From Macrostomum lignano (lineage: Eukaryota): a DNA stretch of 64,000 nt. Position numbers and translations under genes: made by a program. The stretch is from the NCBI GenBank assembly GCA_002269645.1, contig NIVC01001983.1, positions 62,001 through 126,000 on the forward strand, in the 5' to 3' direction. Below the pieces are notes generated by a model that saw only the letters and a program-made list of their open reading frames with translations, made no database searches and was not told the DNA's origin. This document shows positions 59,915 through 64,000 of this stretch, one piece after another (position 1 is the stretch's first letter; each line of letters begins with the position of its first letter).

Positions 59915-61173
59915 AACAGCATGAATATAGAAGTTTAGATTTGTTTTTGTGTTACATTGTTCAAAACACAGCAACATGAATACAATAAGTCCATGATACT
60001 TTGCTACATTATCATTTTAAGATTATATAAAGTAGCAGAAAAAATACTTATCATTTTCACTGCTATGCTTTTGATATCAGTAAACCAGAAAAGCTCAAAA
60101 CTTTCAAATTTAGACAAAAATGATCTCCCTTAAAATCAACATTTTTCTGCCAACCAAACTTCTGGGAAAATTTGTTTTACACTTATTATCATGTGCATAC
60201 AATGTACAACATAGAATTATAAAAAATGAAACTTACAGAAGTTTACAATTATGAAATATATGAAAAATAGACAAATGAAAGACTAAAGACGAGACTGTCA
60301 CCACTGCCTTAGCCCTACAAAGTACAGATCATAGAAGGTTGGCAATAGTCAGTCAATTAACAATGTCAACTTATTATCTCTAGGACCAAGTTTAAGTTCT
60401 GCTTCTGCTATCATTAGGGCCTATTGGTTTTTTTTAGCTCATGTAATGTTACAAGTGTTTAAACAGCAGTTGTGCCAGAGGGTTTGCTTAATCAGGATAT
60501 AATCACTAGCCTATATATAGGTCACAAAGATGATTTTACAAATATAATAATTATATTTACCTTATAGATTGATATTCGCAATCATATTCAAATTTTAACA
60601 AGCTTATTATTAACTTTTGTTTAATTCAAACAACAAAGTATAGCCATTGGCTTTAAGCTGGAAATTGATTTTCAACTTTTATTATAATATTATATATTTA
60701 TATATATCTATGACAAACCAAAGTCTCATAGCTCTACTTTAAGTAGAAGTGTCTATTAGCAAATATTAGGCTAAATTTTGAATAATATAAAGATAAAATT
60801 GCATGTTTTATTTTAATAGTTTAAATAAATTAACTGTTGTAACAAGGCTACAAATTTTTATTTGTCATAAATAGTTATTTTGTCAAATAAACAATGTTTA
60901 TCATAACAATATATTGGGTTTTCGGTTGGTAAAGTTGGTTCATGTATCTAATCAACATGAAATTCCTATTTTATAGCTAAATGGTCATATTTATATAGAT
61001 ACAAAGTTAAAAGTAAAAACAAAGGAAAAGTTTTGTTTAGATTAATATACAACAATTATAGTTAATTGCTTTTTATTTTTGTAAGTAAAGATTGACTAGA
61101 ATCTTTGATTTAATTCTAAAACATCTTGTCCATTAAATATTTATAGCAATTTAACAAATTAAAACTATATATA

Positions 61174-61458
61174 CTCAGCAACATTGAAAAGTCGCCACCC
61201 TTTGCCCCAGTGAGCAGTGTCTTTCAACCAGAGTCTATCACCTGGGCAACAATTTTGATATTAAAAATGCTTGAAAAACTATGAAAACTGGGCAGAAGCT
61301 TCAATCTATCCAATCTTTGCCCTCCACTCTTCCCAATCTCTCCTCACCTAGCTCAAATCTGCATTGCGTGGTGCAAGTTGCGTCACTCAAAAGTCAATAC
61401 TGAGCTAGAATTTATTTAAGCGTACTCTCAAAACTGGCGACTTTTTAATATTGTTGAG
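61174..61458. mobile_element. Tc1/mariner-type MITE (285 bp)
   Basis: TIRs CTCAGCAACATTGAAAAGTCGCCA and TGGCGACTTTTTAATATTGTTGAG, with TA on both flanks. Confidence 0.75.
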
Positions 61459-61500
61459 TATATATATAATTTAAACAAAAAGTAACATGATGCTGAACAG

Positions 61501-62151
61501 ATAATTCAAACAAAAATGAATTCATGTTTTGGGATACATTTCTTACTCTAATGCCATATTCAGCTTTAAAAATTTGTAAGCAGAAATTTTCTGTCTCAAT
61601 GGAAAAAAATTGGCATGAATGCAAAGTGTGTCAAAAGATGAATTCATTGGCACCCCTTACAAACACATTTTGGAAGCAAATATCTTGGGAAATACAAAAA
61701 GGAATCATGTGTCTAAGATGTCATTGCAAAGCTGAGACATATTTCAAGAAATGATAAAAGTTTCAGAGCAAATGATTGAAGCATTAAGATGCAGCAATAA
61801 ATCAAAGTTTTGGTTTATCTTGGTTAAAGATTGTTGATCAACAAAAAGTTTGAAATGTGTTCTTATGTTCTACCTTCCTTAGTGTGGAACTTCTATCACT
61901 TCTTGACATATGTCTCAGCTTTGCAATGACATCTTAGACACATGATTCCCTATTGTATTTCCCAAGATATTTGCTTCCAAAATGTGTTTGTAAAGGGTGC
62001 CAATGAATTCATCTTTTGACACACTTTGCATTCATGCCAATTTTTTTTTCTTTGGGACAGAAAATTTCTGCTTACAAATTTTTAAAGCTGAATATGGCAT
62101 CAGAGTAAGGAATGTATCCTGAAATATGAATTCATTTTTTGTTTAAATTAT
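61501..62151. mobile_element. Foldback element or long inverted repeat (arms about 265 bp, spacer about 120 bp)
   Basis: 61501-61765 is a close reverse complement of about 61885-62151 (e.g. GGCATGAATGCAAAGTGTGTCAAAAGATGAATTCATTGGCACC and GGTGCCAATGAATTCATCTTTTGACACACTTTGCATTCATGCC). Confidence 0.85.
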
Positions 62152-62774
62152 TTGCCTAAAGAAAAAAATATCTGTCTGGTGAATATCTATTGGGGAACCT
62201 ACACAAAAAATGTGATAAAATTGGAAAAAAACAGGGACTTCTTGAACTTTAGATATATAAAAATATTTCTAATTTTTGGATTTTCTAAAACTTTTTGCCA
62301 GAGTCTTGGAGGCTATCCAAAATGATAATAAAGCAAAGAAAACTGCATAAAATTATATTCAAAGTTAATAGGAGCTCAACTCAATTTTTGAATCCCCTAT
62401 GTTAGGCCTAGTTTTGGAGAATTGTAGGCCTATTTGAAAATTATGCTTTTTTTAGAATCATGACTTTTCAAGGTAAATATTTTCTAGAGTTTAATGAATT
62501 CATTCTAAAAAAACATTTAGAGGGTTAGATTTGTAACTCCCATAAAAAAAATCTATTTTAATTTTTTTTCATTCAGTTTGTTATAGTACAATGAGAGTGC
62601 CATATCAAATTAGTGTTTTTAAAATGTTGATACATGGTTTGCTACCTTTCTTACCTCCTACTTTTGATTTGGTGTCATTCTCTCATGGTTGTGACTAGCT
62701 GTACATTATTTTACTTGTTTACCTAAACTTAATTTCTACTAGGCCTAATTTGTATTGTTGTCTCTATTTTGAAA

Positions 62775-63972
62775 GGGATGCCCATCAAAATGGCCACACG
62801 CGGAATGGCCACACGTTGAAATATTTTAAAATATATGTTATTGTTCTTCTTCTGGTCTCTCACTTATATGGCTCTTGTTCTACTTCAAATATCAATGTGA
62901 GAGCCAAATAACTGAGGCAGCGGATTCAACTGACTTTTCCTGATGATGCAAACACTTGATGGTAACTTACAGACCGTTGTATTTGATGGTCACAATCTCG
63001 AGATGTTATCTTACAAAATATAATGTCTAAGGTGGAATTCCAAATAAGAAGCTTGTTCAATTTAAGTCACAAGGTGTTTCTAGTTGTTCGGGTGAACCGA
63101 AGGTTCAGTCTATTGTAGAACGTGGATTGGGTGTTGGTTTAGCTTTAGTGAGTCAATTTATCAGTTTTAGCATTTGGGTTGAGACCCTAACTGTGTTAAT
63201 CAAAATTAGTCAAAAGGAGGTCGGCTGGGAGAAGGGCGAAGAAGAGAAAAGGCGAGCTTCTTGCTTGGTTAACATGAGCTTTTATAGTACTTTTCAGTCT
63301 TGATCGCATTGGATGGTACATAACTGTTTTTCATTGGTTGAGGTTGGGGTCGTGTCCTCAGCTTTTGCTATTTGGAGTGCATTCATTGGTTAAAATACAT
63401 TCAATCTGGATGGGAACTTTCTTGAGTCAAAATGTATCACTTCAACGTCAAAATGGCCACACTATCAAAACAGCCACATGACAAAATGGCCACATAAAAC
63501 AAAAAGGGTTGCAGATTGACTTTGTTCTATTTGTTATGTTAAGGAAGCTTCGTTATGTTAATTATTTTTAGCTTTGGTATTTGCATCAGCATCAAAATTC
63601 AAAAGAAGTGAATGCATTGAGATATTGTAAAATTTATGTAGGCCGAAAAGGATCCAAAAGCTAAGACGAAATTGTATTTTATGGAGCGACCAGCAGTTAT
63701 GCAAATTTTAAAAGATGCTAAAATAGTTATGTAAGAAAGTTAAAAAATGCTAAAATGGTTCACAAAGTATCACAAAGTAAAATTTACCACAAAAGTTAAA
63801 AAGTTAGGAGCTAGGAGCTTTCTACTTAAATGTACATTCAACCTTCCACTTCTCTTATCTCTTATTATTACAAATTATTACATCGTGTGGCCATTTTGTC
63901 GTGTGGCCGTTTTGACAGTGTGGCCATTTTGTTGTGTGGCTATTCCACGTGTGGCCGTTTTGACGGCACCCC
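62775..63972. mobile_element. Non-autonomous TIR DNA transposon (~1.2 kb) with subterminal AAAATGGCCACAC repeats
   Basis: Left end GGGATGCCCATCAAAATGGCCACACGCGGAATGGCCACAC; right-end reverse complement GGGGTGCCGTCAAAACGGCCACACGTGGAATAGCCACAC. Flanking direct repeat TTTGAAA(GG) at 62768 and 63973 (7-9 bp, boundary ambiguous). Confidence 0.78.
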
Positions 63973-64000
63973 TTTGAAAGGTAACTACAGCTGCTGATAT

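Noticed and set aside
59915-59977. ORF-track start MLLCFEQ for paralog B
   Set aside because: The extra 21 codons precede a clear signal peptide; MHYQHLILF at 59914 aligns better with the start of paralog A.

Overview
This is eukaryotic, intron-containing animal DNA. GC-rich exons, minisatellite-filled introns and AT-rich spacers resemble a free-living flatworm such as Macrostomum, but the host is inferred and not verified. Hand-spliced gene models: TOLLIP (-, 3 exons, 279 aa); IFT74 (+, 4 exons, 570 aa) with a nested antisense two-TM small ORF in its last intron; a 14-exon GABA-B-like class C GPCR (-, 754 aa); and two tandem, highly divergent L1/neuroglian-family receptors (-). Each receptor has one ~2.6 kb ectodomain exon plus a small terminal exon carrying FIGEY or FIGDY that the ORF track misses. 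Mobile DNA: a full-length 4.5 kb Ingi-like LINE (signal peptide, 2A-like motif, two PHD fingers, APE, RT, RNase H, CCHC; two frameshifts and one stop) with a candidate HDV-like ribozyme at its first nucleotide, inserted tail-to-tail into the (GTT)n tail of an RTE fragment; a second RTE fragment with a 14-bp TSD; a tRNA-derived Nin/Deu-type SINE; and several MITE/TIR elements. About 25 tandem arrays explain most of the long ORFs in the track. No CRISPR array, rRNA or genuine tRNA gene was seen. All alignments and folds were done by eye.
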